The position numbers were made by a program, and so were the translations under genes. Positions 48,301 to 60,300 of a stretch of 64,000 nt of DNA are shown in pieces. Source of the stretch: Azolla caroliniana (taxonomy: Eukaryota; Plantae; Polypodiophyta); assembly GCA_043228905.1 (NCBI GenBank), contig JBHGNT010000001.1:16244001-16308000 (forward strand), in the 5' to 3' direction. How positions within the stretch are numbered: position 1 is the first letter of the stretch; the number at the start of each line of letters is the position of its first letter. The notes beneath the pieces are model-generated. The model ran no database searches and was not told the DNA's origin. It saw only the letters and a program-made list of their open reading frames with translations.

Positions 48301-51300
48301 TGTTGAACACATGGATGATTCTTCTTGGTATGTGATGAAGAGATAGAGAAAAATGATAGAGAAGAGAAGAGGAGGAAAAAATAATACTTCAATATACTAT
48401 TAAGAAAAGAATACAATACTCTTATACTCCAAGAGTAACAACCCCAAATAAGTACTGCAATATGCTATTACTAAAATAATCTTTCCGTCTTCTTCTACTA
48501 ATCGTCTTCTCACTTATTCTAATCTTCTTCTTCTTCCTCCCTTCTTCTTCCTCACTTCTTCTTGTAGATCTTCTATTCCTCCTTCCTTCTTAACTATTCT
48601 ATTCCCCCGTCATCTCCCTAATTGCTAAGTATACCCTCATACTTATAGGTTTTTAGTTGCGTTATTCTTGTTTTTTCTTTTCTTTTCTTTTACATATCCT
48701 CGAGTTAGTGTGGTGCGTTTTTCATATCATTATTTCTGGTTTGTCATCAAAATTTGTCATACAAGAAAGCTCTCTTTGTTAGCTTTCTTACGAATATTTT
48801 CTTTTGAAATTTGGATAAGAGATGAAGAAGTTATGAGCTTTTTTCTCTACCTTGCTTTTTCTGCTTAATTTCCTGCGTTTTTCTTCTTTTTCTTCTTTTT
48901 CTACTTTTGAAAAATGCCTGTAACTTTATTTCTCTTCAATTTCATTTATCTTTTAACTCTTGGAACTTTTATATTGTGCTTTATTCTTCTATACCTTCGC
49001 ATCCAATGTATTTGTCACGGTCTTTTCCTATGAGCAAAAATTGACTTCACAGTATGCTAAAGTGCAACACTGGTTCCAATATAGCTTGGATTGTCTATAT
49101 CTGAACATGGCCAAAGTTGAAAAGTATAGAGAATTTGAATTGATATTATCAAATTGGACATCATAAGAACATGGATCAGCCCCTCAACATCTCTTTGTAG
49201 GAAGATGACCCTCTATGAGGCACAGTTTTTACACACATCAGAAGATGGATTTATCATTAAGCCCTCTTATGTGGATATACATCCATCTAATGTGCAGTGA
49301 ATGTCATAAGGCCGCTGCAGGCCTCTTCACATTTGTTAGAAATGGAAGTAGGCAGATATATAGGCACACCATTGGAGAGACAAATAATGTGCGAATTGTT
49401 TCCCTAGGGAGTGGAATCAGAAAAACACTATGTTGGCCATTACATTATTTTTTATGAAATGAGAGGGAGATACCATTGTTTCTTTAACCAAGGCTTTGGC
49501 CCTCTAAGCAAGGTAATGGATGAGAACCAAAGGTGATTGGGACCGTTCTTTGATAAAACTGAAGACACAAGGAGAAGTTGTTAAGGACAACAATACAAGC
49601 ACCGAAGCTCATCAACAAAGAACAATAACACCATTCTTAGCTCCATCACTCCTACTTATGCCACAAGTCAATTAAGAGCTACACAAGTGGGTTCTTGATC
49701 AGGGCATTGCAAAGGGTTTAGAATAGATTAGGCAATAGCAATTTGTTTGCACACAGATCATATAAGCATGCAAGCACACAAGGAAGGCAGGAAGGTAGTT
49801 TATTGTGATGTTCATGTCATTATCAATGGTAAGGCGATCAAATACTGATTCACGGCTTATTAGACAACAAAATCAGGGTGACACATTTTAGTTTCGAATG
49901 ACAATGGAGTAGTTTGAATACAATTGGAAGTATAGAAGAGGTCATGGAGGACAAGACATGGCTCTAATTATAGAGATGTACTAAAGCCCAAAGAAAGGTC
50001 TACATTGACTGGATGGCTTTCAATGGGAGTCTGGGTACTGGGAAACCACTAGACATAGTATGACTCGAGGATTGGGTCGGATTGCGCTTCTCTTCGGAAA
50101 AGGTTTACATTCATGTAAGATGTATATGCTAGATACATGTGGATTTAAAGGAAGTACTTAAGAGGCACAATTTTTATGTGAAGGAGAGATGGAAGATGAG
50201 GAACATTTGGTGTAGCTACCTAACTTACAAGTGCATTAGAGAGAAGCGTGCCACCCTATATGTGGATTTGAACACCGTCAAATAATTAGGAAGGTTGGCC
50301 CATGACATTATGAAAAACTCTTGCTTGAGCTTCAAATGCGTAGGAAATCAATTCTTACATTAGCATCCCCATTGATAACGGGCCGTGGGGTCACACACGG
50401 CATGCATAGAAATGCTAATCGTAACAAAAATCGTGAGTACTGGGGTACAATTTACAAGGGCCATACCATCATCAGATCATGGACATTATTGTTTGCTACA
50501 TCCGATCCACACAAGGATGCTTTGATGCACTTGGTTGGTTTGTTGTTCTCAAAGACGAGACAAGACTTAAGAGATGTTAATATATCATGGGATACACAAA
50601 TGGGCTCCCGACTAGGACATAACAAAGGGCTTACAATTGATCGGGCAATAGCAATTTGCCGTGCACATCGGCCCTGGCCCCATGGACCATGACCTCGACA
50701 CCCTTGTCATCGACAAATAAAAGCCATTATCTCCCGTCATCGTAGGTGCTTCCCTCGCTTTGGAGACATTTCCATTTTGGATCGACCTATGCTAGTGATC
50801 ATTCGAAGACAAAAGCTTCAATATATCTAACTTGAGAATCTCACATGTGCTGAAAACCAGATTCCCTCGTCTCTTTTCATCTTAAATACTTTTATATTTA
50901 CGGAGTATTATTTACTTATTTTTTTGATTTGTTATTCTCAAAGACGAGACAACACTTACGATGTAATCTCTTGTTTGGTCTTATAGGCCATTTTGGCCTC
51001 TTAAAAGACGTTAATATATCTTTCTTTCTTTCTTTCTATCTTGGAGTGGCATATGCAGGAGACTTTTTTAAAGGCAGAGCTTTCAGTCTATCTTAGTTCA
51101 GAATCTTAATTTCTTAGATATCTAGATTCTTTAGCGCCTTATGTTTAGCTATATTTGTTTTGGTTTGTTGTCACAGTGAAGAAAACATTTTAAGATGTAA
51201 TCTCTTGTTCGGTCTTATGGGCCATTTTAAGATGTAATCTCTTATAAGATGTTAATATAACTTTCTCTCAACTCACACATATTAGTTATGCACTTCATGC

Positions 51301-54300
51301 TTGTAAACCATCTCCAAAATCATTATCATGGATCTTTAGGAAACCTAGTGCTTTTAATTTTGTTTGAGTATGAATAACATGAATTCAACCATATTTGTAA
51401 TCATGATTTATCTCGTAGGTCAAATTCGGCCTCAAGTTGATGTTAATATATCTTCCCTTCCTTCTTTTGCCTCTACCAGGATGCTAGGGCTCAATGATCT
51501 CTTTCCAAATAATTTTTGGGATTTTCTTCAATTGGAATTATTTTTATCTTGTACATAGACGTTTCATGTATGTTCATGCATATGCATACATGTTTGCTCA
51601 TGTTATGCATGCACAGATATGAATGGTATCGCTCTACGTCCTGCTGCATGAACCCGTAATTAATAGGGACCATTATAGAAGCATTATATGTGGTCACCCT
51701 CTCATTATTTGGGTCTGTGATTAAGATGGGCCATGATAGAAGAGCATTATAGGTGAATCATGATATTGTTTCTCTCCAATTGAAAAAGATCATTTTTTGG
51801 GCAAATCAATGGTAATAATGAGATAATTTGATTGTCTTAATGCAGCGTTATATTGATGCGCAATGTGCAATAGCATGTCATGATTATAAAGGTATGGCCT
51901 CTTGTCTTTCAGGAACAAATAATGTGAAACAAATTGTACAGCTGCTGATACTTGCATACTGTACTAACAGGATATTGGGATATTTTTAACATGCTGACTA
52001 TAATTCACATTCTTCACTAGGGAAACTACATGTATTAATATTTTGATTTTTGCCATTTTGTCTGGCATTAATGCTTTGATCTTTGTTCAGGCAATATAAA
52101 CTTTGTCAAGTTTTTTGTTTTCACTTAACTCCTTTCAAAACAGATGGAAAATATATGAAAGTATAAAATCCACATAGCTGGAAAAACTGAGCATGGTGGT
52201 TTATATTTCCAATCACACCATTTTCTACAACACCAAAAGTTTCACTTTTTTCTTTGAAGAAGGCTCTCATATTTTCCAAACATTGCTTGAAGTTCTCTCT
52301 TGAAGATGCCAAAGCTCAAGTTGAGCACGCCCAAAAAGAAATTAAAGCAAATGCTCCTTCAATAGAAGTAGTGAAAAAGCAAAAAGCAACATCCATGGAT
52401 AGGATGGAAATGATGAATGCTACATTTGAAGAAGAAGCCAAGAGGAAAGCTCGTGCGTTGCATGTACGAGTGGTTGGTTGGGCCGAAAAAGGAAGAACAC
52501 AAGAAGATGCCAAGAATCTCAGAACAAAGATTGGGGCATCAGATATTCCATTTGCTTTAGCATGGAGGGTGGGAAGGGATGAGTCAAGAGCTAAAACCCT
52601 TATCATTTGCTTCATGGATATTGACGAGAAAAAAACATTCCTCTCTAAATATAAGGCACTCAAGGGTGCAAAAATATACTTAGATGACGATCTCACTCCA
52701 GTCCAAGTGGCACATTGCAAAGAAAACATGCCACGAGTCCTTGATGAAAGAAAGGAAGGAAAATGGGCTGTATATAGAGATGGTAAGGTCATTATTACAG
52801 AGAAGAGAACTGCATAACGATATATGGCCTATGATACCCTATGCATGACCATATGGAATTACAACGGATCTCTACGGACAGATGTCAGATATTTTGAAGA
52901 TTCCTTCAAAAACACAGATATTGCTATTTATACAAAGACCCACCGATGCATGGCTAGCAAACTCCCTCAGGTACAAGGATATAGATGGGAATCAATATGT
53001 CATCACCAACCTCAGACACTAGGAAGCACTAGAGGTTCGGGGGAGTGGTTGTGCTATACAAAAAGGAGATCCATGATAGAGTGCATGTTGTCAATCAGGA
53101 TGTAGATACACACTACATGTGGATACGAATCAAAAGAGGGGATCTTAGGGAGCTATATATTGCAATTTGCTACTTTCCACCTGCCTACTCAAGGTTTGCA
53201 CCTCTAGGTGAATCACCATATCTACCATTATATGATGATATCATAAGATTTGCTACTATGGGGGACATAATACTATTAGGAGATTTTAATGCACGAACCA
53301 AGGATGAACAAACAACTATGTTTAACACCAACGAGGCTGTTTATGGAGAAGTTATGGCAGAAGAGATTGGTCTAAAGCGACAAGCTCAAGATATGACTGC
53401 TATAACTAAATATGGAAATCACTTTCTAGCCTTGGGAAGTGCGCATGGATTTGTGATATATAATGGCTTGTTACAATGGCTTGGATCAAATGCTTTGACA
53501 TGTTGGAACCCAAAAAGGGGTTCAAGCACAATCGACTATCTAATGGGATCTCCATCTCTTACACCTGAAATAAAAGTGTTCACTATATCGGGTAGACCTA
53601 TTCGCTTGGCAGCAAATCATGCATATCTACGCTTCGGGGTAAATGATGGATGCACAAAGGATGTATATGCTAAGGAGAGTGGGCTGGTTAAGTATCTATT
53701 TACTCGCGAGAAAATTGATGTGTATAGTTGTGGTGTATGCAATGTCATGCTAGATTTGGATCCTTTCGCACCCCATGAAGAACTTACCCAAGGATTGTCC
53801 AAATCATTGCATAAAGCAGCTCCAAATCATTGCAAATGCCTTCCTTCACACAATGGCCAATCCCCTCAAACATGGTAGAGTAATACAAAATAATTGGTAT
53901 GATGAGGAATGTCGTGATACAAGGAGATGCTTGCAACGTGAGGTAACTCGGGGCATTTATACACACAAACAAGCAAGAGCAACCTTCCAACGCCTCGTAA
54001 GGAAGAAGAGATTGTATTTGGCTAAATTTGAAGATCATTTGTATCGCTTGTTTCTAGGACAAGAAAGTAAAAGGGCATGGAAAATGTTTAATGAGAGGCA
54101 ACCTACCACACAATTGGTGTGGCATGAATATGCAAAGGTTCTATATGATATCCCCGGGCCACCTCCTCTTCCCCACCCACATGGCTCACGCCCACATGAA
54201 TCAACCTTTCTTACTCCACAAAATGTAAGAAATCCCATTGATCGACTACAATTTGGGAAGGCCCAAGATCATGATGGATTGGTGGGTGAGCACTTTATCT

Positions 54301-57300
54301 ATGCCCGTGACACTTTGCTCCCATTGCTAGCACACATCTTTAATAGAGCCATGTGTGAAGGTTTCCCTACTACATGGACTCAACATACCATTGTACCAAT
54401 CCTCAAGAGTGGAGACTGCATGATGCCAAATAACTATAGGACAATCATGATTGGCCATTACTTGGCTAAACTATATGGCTCGAATGGCTTCCGTTCAGTT
54501 GGACAACAGGCTCTTGGAAGGGGTTCACAACTTTGGATCACATATTTACCCTTTGGGCTCTTATTGAGGAGGGCAGAACCCATAATAAAAGGATTTATTG
54601 CTGCTTTGTGGATTTTCGAAAAGCCTTTGATAGTGTGCCACGTGCTCGGCTTATGTAGCGGCTAGAAGCCCTTGGTGTTCCTACAGATGTGCAATGGGGA
54701 ATCTATGCACTCTATGAATCCGCGTCAGGAATAGTGCGGTCTTCCAACGGTTTGTCAAAGGCGGTGGCTAGCACAATCAGAGTGAAGCAAGGATGCCCAC
54801 GATCACCCACTCTCTTCGGTCTCTATATAGATGAGGTAACACATTACATAGAGAGATTCGGGGGTTCAGGAGCATGCCTAGTTGGCATAGCTACAAAGAT
54901 GAGGTATCACAAATATTACTCTATGTTGATGATATTGTGCTGATTTCTGACTCTCCGGAGGGACCACAATGACATCTAAATGCCTTAAACCTATTTTGTA
55001 CGGACAAAGGTTTGTCAATCAACATGCATAAAACTAAAGTGATGGTGTTTAACACCACTCAAGCATGGGTAACAAGATCAGAACCGGAATTCTTCTTGGG
55101 AGAGGAAAAGGTGGAATACACACGCTCCTACACATATGTAGGAGTAACATTTATAGGACCTAGGTTCTCCCTACAGGAGGCTGCTTGTGCCCGACTTTCT
55201 CGTAAATATGTAGCCCTTGGTGCTCTCGAGAGACATTGTGCACATTTGCAGTTCTAAGAACAATGGACTAAGCTATGGTTATTTGATACACTTGTGACAC
55301 CAACTCTTCTCTATGGAGTAGAAACATGGGGATCGAGTCTTAACAAGGCAAATCATTGGAAAGATTTAGAGAGACCTTTAGTGTCAATGATTGCTCGCAT
55401 GATAAGGAGCAAAGCATCGGTGCCCCACGATGTAATCCGGACAGAGATGGTAGCAGCACCTATAATAACCGAGGCATTGTTCCGATCAGTGACATTTATC
55501 CAACGTCTTTGGGAGCTCTCCCTACACGAAGTTACCTAAGGTTGGCACTGATGTCATCAAGACAACTGGCTGAAAATGGAGACACTCATTGTTGGTATGC
55601 TGAAATGCAGCAATGGTTCGAGTCACATGGCATGAGTATAAATGCACTACCCCCGTTCCAATATAGCTTGGACTGTCCCCATCTAAATATGACCAAAGCG
55701 GAAAAGAATAGAGTGATCCGAACTAATATTATTAACTTGGAAAACAAAATAGCATGGATCAGCCCCAAAATACCACTTGGTACCAAGGTGGCCCACTATA
55801 AGGCACGCTTCTCACATACATTGGAGGATGGATTCGTCATCAGGCCACCTTATATGGACATACATCTATCCTATGCGCTGCGTAGTGTGATAGGGCAGCT
55901 GTGAACTTCATCACATCAGGTACAGATTGAAGTAGGCAGATATACGCGACTATCTCTAGAACAGAGAATTTGCCAATTGTGTCATGAAGGAGTGGAATCT
56001 GAGGAACAATATGGTTGTGAGTGTAGTGTCTTTTATGAAATCAGAGGGAGATACCATTGCGTCTTTAAACAAGGCTTTGGCCCACTACGCAAGGTAATGG
56101 AATATGAGGACCAACGATGCCTAAGACTTTTCTTGATAGAGCTCAGGAAACATCGGGAAAGTTGTTGAAGAATACACCCACACAAGCTGACCCACAATGA
56201 ACAATCACAACTTTCTTTAGCCCCATCACTCCTAATGCTAGAAGTCAACCCGGGATACACAAATGGGCTTCAGACCAGGACATAACAAAGGGGTTACAAT
56301 TGATCGGGCAATAGCAATTTGCCATGCACGTAGGCCCCGGCCCCATGGAACACGACCTCGACACCCTTGTCATCGACAGGGAAAAGCCATTATCTCTCGC
56401 CATCGTAGGTGCTTCCCTCGCTTCGGAGACATTTCCTTTCTGGATCGACCTATGCTAGAGATCTTTCGAAGACAAAGGCTACAATATATCTAACTTGAGA
56501 ATCTCACATGTGCCGAAAACCAGATTCCCTCGTCTCTTTTTTTCTTATATACTTTTATATTTATAGAGTATTATTTACTTATTTTTTTGATTTGTTGTTC
56601 TCAAAGACGAGACAACACTCAAGATGTAATCTCTTCTTTGGTATTATAGGCTTCTTGAAGGACGTTAATATATCTTTCTTTCTTGCAGACTGTACAAATT
56701 TACTTACGATGAATCCAGGCGTTAACTGTTAAGCTTTATGTATATTGAAAATATATGGAACACCTTTTCCATCTGATTCAGGCTTCCTGACTTGAAAGAA
56801 TCGTATATCTATTTTTCCTGGCTTAATGAAGTTGCTTTAGTTCTTAACACTTACATTGTGTTTTTCTATGTTGAATAGGGGGTCTTGAACACCTTTCTCA
56901 TCTGCTGCAGCGATTTCCAAGCAATTTGCATTTGATATTAGAAACTGCAAAGGTAGGTGTTTATACGTTGATACTGGATTGTGTTAAATGGTGGAGAAGT
57001 GCATGCATCTTTTCTTTAGTGGTTGGACTTATGGCCTGTATCAGTTCTTTGCGTTGTACCAAGAGTTTATCTAATGACCGTGTATTTTGTCTGAGCATGG
57101 GTTATCGGAATCTACGTAGGCCACATTAATGATCAGTATTGTTTAATACTCAGATATGTCTGTTAATTGCATTTTGTGATGCAATGTACATTCTTATCTA
57201 GCTATTAAATCGTGCATACTATGCTGACAGTTCATATCTTTGTTTTGCAGGTTGAAGCTGCTTTAGGAAAAACAGAAGATGCAATTCACAACTTTGAAAA

Positions 57301-60300
57301 GGTTAGCATTTTGAAGATTTTTCTTCTTTTCCCTTATTGAAGACCATAACTTGATATTAAATTTGACAAAAGCATGTACAGGCTTTTTCGGGGTTATCGC
57401 TTGTTGTATGTATAATAGTATGTGGAGCTAAAGTCTTTGCTCTGAATGAGCAATCATAAGGGACATTATTGTTAGGGCTGTCTCCCATATAAACCTAATA
57501 TTGCTCATACCTATGTGTACTAACGCTATAGGCTCAGTTCTAACACCTCTAATTCCACAGGGTCCCATACCTTATACAACCAATATCAAGGAAGCTATTA
57601 AGGGCATTTCTATTTAAAATGGGCATTCAATCTAACAATACTTTAAAACTTATCTTGTTGATCAAGAAATCACATTGACAAGTGATGATTCCAGACAACC
57701 AGGTGTAGGTGAGGGATGTGGCGCAGACATGCTTAAAGAGCCATAGAAAGAAAGAAAGAAACATACATTAACATCCTTTAGGAGGCCAAAATAGCCTGTA
57801 AGACCAAACATGGGCTAGCCTTTAAGACCAAACAAGAGCTTACAACTTAAGTGTTGTTTCATCTTTGACAATAATGAGACAAACCATATAAATAAATGTT
57901 AAAAGTAAAAAAAGTAATAGACAGAAAAATCTTGTTATTGGTACATGTAAGAGTCTCAAGTCAGATATATTGTACTTTTTGTCTTCGAAAGATCTCTAGC
58001 ATAGATCGATCCAGAATGGAGAGAGCCTCATACAAGTTTTAGCTCCAAATCTAGGTGAACACATTAAAAATGTCATTATTAAAACAGGGTTTTGGGACAT
58101 CATTTTATTTAAGTGGCACTATAGCCTCTTGGATAGTGTGAACACATTAAAAATGTCCAATTGGCCCAAAAGATTGAAGTATAATGCTTGTTCAAGTAAT
58201 AAAAATATCTCTAGAAACCTTCAGAGAAAAAAGTCTCTAGGAGGAAAATGTCAGATTATGCATGAGAGACTTTACCCCCCAAACAACCTCCCATTTAAAG
58301 GGCTGAGGAGTCTCGTTTAAGCTATGCAATTCCCATAATCTCTTTACAATGTTGATATTGTGCCTTTGGGATGCACTTAGGGAGAGCATCTGCAGGATCC
58401 GATGATATGAAATCATGCCATCCTTGAGTATCTCCCCGATGAAGTGGTACCACACATCAATGTGTTTTGTGTGTGCATAAAACATGACGTTCATAGCCAG
58501 ACATATGACACTCTGGCTATCACAACCAAGGACAGGGGTCCTGTTGAGCAGACCAAACTCACTGCATTGGCATGCTAACCATCTGCCACTGTATAAATGT
58601 GGGCACAACTGGATTTACACGTATCCACATCACCAACCATGTTTGAGCTGCATAATCTCAGCAATTGCAATGGAACTTTTCATAACACAAGCATTTCACC
58701 TTTGCCCCTTTCAAGTACCTTATAATTGACTGGACAGCATCCCAATGTGCTTTACCAGGATTGGTCATAAGCTGGCCCATAACTCCCACTCAATGAATGA
58801 TATCTGCTCTGGTTGACACCATGGAATACACAAATGATCCACAAGGTGATGCCTGATGAAAAGCTCTCATATAAATGGCTGCATCATCATCATTTGGGTA
58901 ATCAGCCCTTGTAAGCTTAACATGTCACTGTAGTGACACAGTAAATGCCTTTGCATCAGCCATATGAAACGTGTCTAGTACTTTTTGAATGCACTTTTCT
59001 TGCGACAAAAAGAGCAATTGCTGCTGTTTTAGAGCAATTTTTATGGTCTTTTTCTTTCCCTGGAAGCAAAACATATCATCAACATTCTGCATAAGGATCT
59101 GCATGGCTCCGTTTGTGACCTTGTGAAAGCATAAAAAAGGCAAACTTCTTATGCCATTTTCTATGGGCCTATCTCAGCCTATAAAGAAAGACTTCTATTC
59201 ACATTGCATACCAGATTTTATTTATCTGAAATAGGAAAACCATCTGGCTGCTTTCTATACAACTCTTTGTCCAAATTGGAATGTGAGGACACTGTCTTAG
59301 CATCCATTTAGTAGAGATCCAAATCAAGAACAGCTGTAAGAGCCAACAGAGTACAAAGAGTGGTAATTTTTAACACATGAGAGCCCATCTCTTGGAAATC
59401 AATGCCTCTTTTGGTGCATAATCTGTAATGTCAGCTTTTTATGTGGGTTTACCATCAATTATTTTTATTTTGTATGACAGGAAAGGATTTCGTACCTTCA
59501 ATTTTGATTTTGTCAATTTGTTCGGAATGGATTTCTCTCCTTTCAGCAACGTAACCAAATCCCAAGGATAATTTAGATGCAAGGTCTTAGATCTTCTTGC
59601 ATTGCGACCACATGGTTTTGTGCTCACAGAATATTGTTTTTTTAAACATCAAGGAACACACTCATTAATCAGCACGATATATTTCAATGAAGGATCACAT
59701 CTCTGTATCCTTTTAACTCTTGATATACTAGGCATATGCCTACATCAAGAAGATTATGCTCGTGAGACACACAACAGTAATGAGAACTCTGTTTGTTTTT
59801 CATATTGGCAATCATAACAAAAGTGTGGTTTTGTGGTCATGGCATCATGTAAAAAAAAAAGTCTAGGCCTTTTTGGCTCATATAATCAAGGCTTTTTCGC
59901 CAAAGTTTCAAATGAGAGTGTATCACTGAAACAACAATAAATCTGCCAGGCAAAGCTTTTCCATGCAAGCAATTGACAGTGTACCTCTGTTGCTACCGCT
60001 AACAACCAGCATAGTACCCTCGGTCGATTTCCAAGAGTATTGTATACATGCATATCTAGCTGTTTCATCGATAAAATATTTTTCTTGATGCAATTTACAT
60101 AATTTGAAATCCTGCACTATCATCAAGTCCAAATGAAGAGTACCGATTCCATCAATAGAAATGCGTGATTACTAACTACATGAAATTATACAGAAAATTC
60201 GTAAGGGTCACATTAAGAGATGCACCTGAATCCACAATTCAAGTTTGTGAGAGCATCATGCATAATCATTAAGGCATCAATGACATCACCCAGTGTAATT

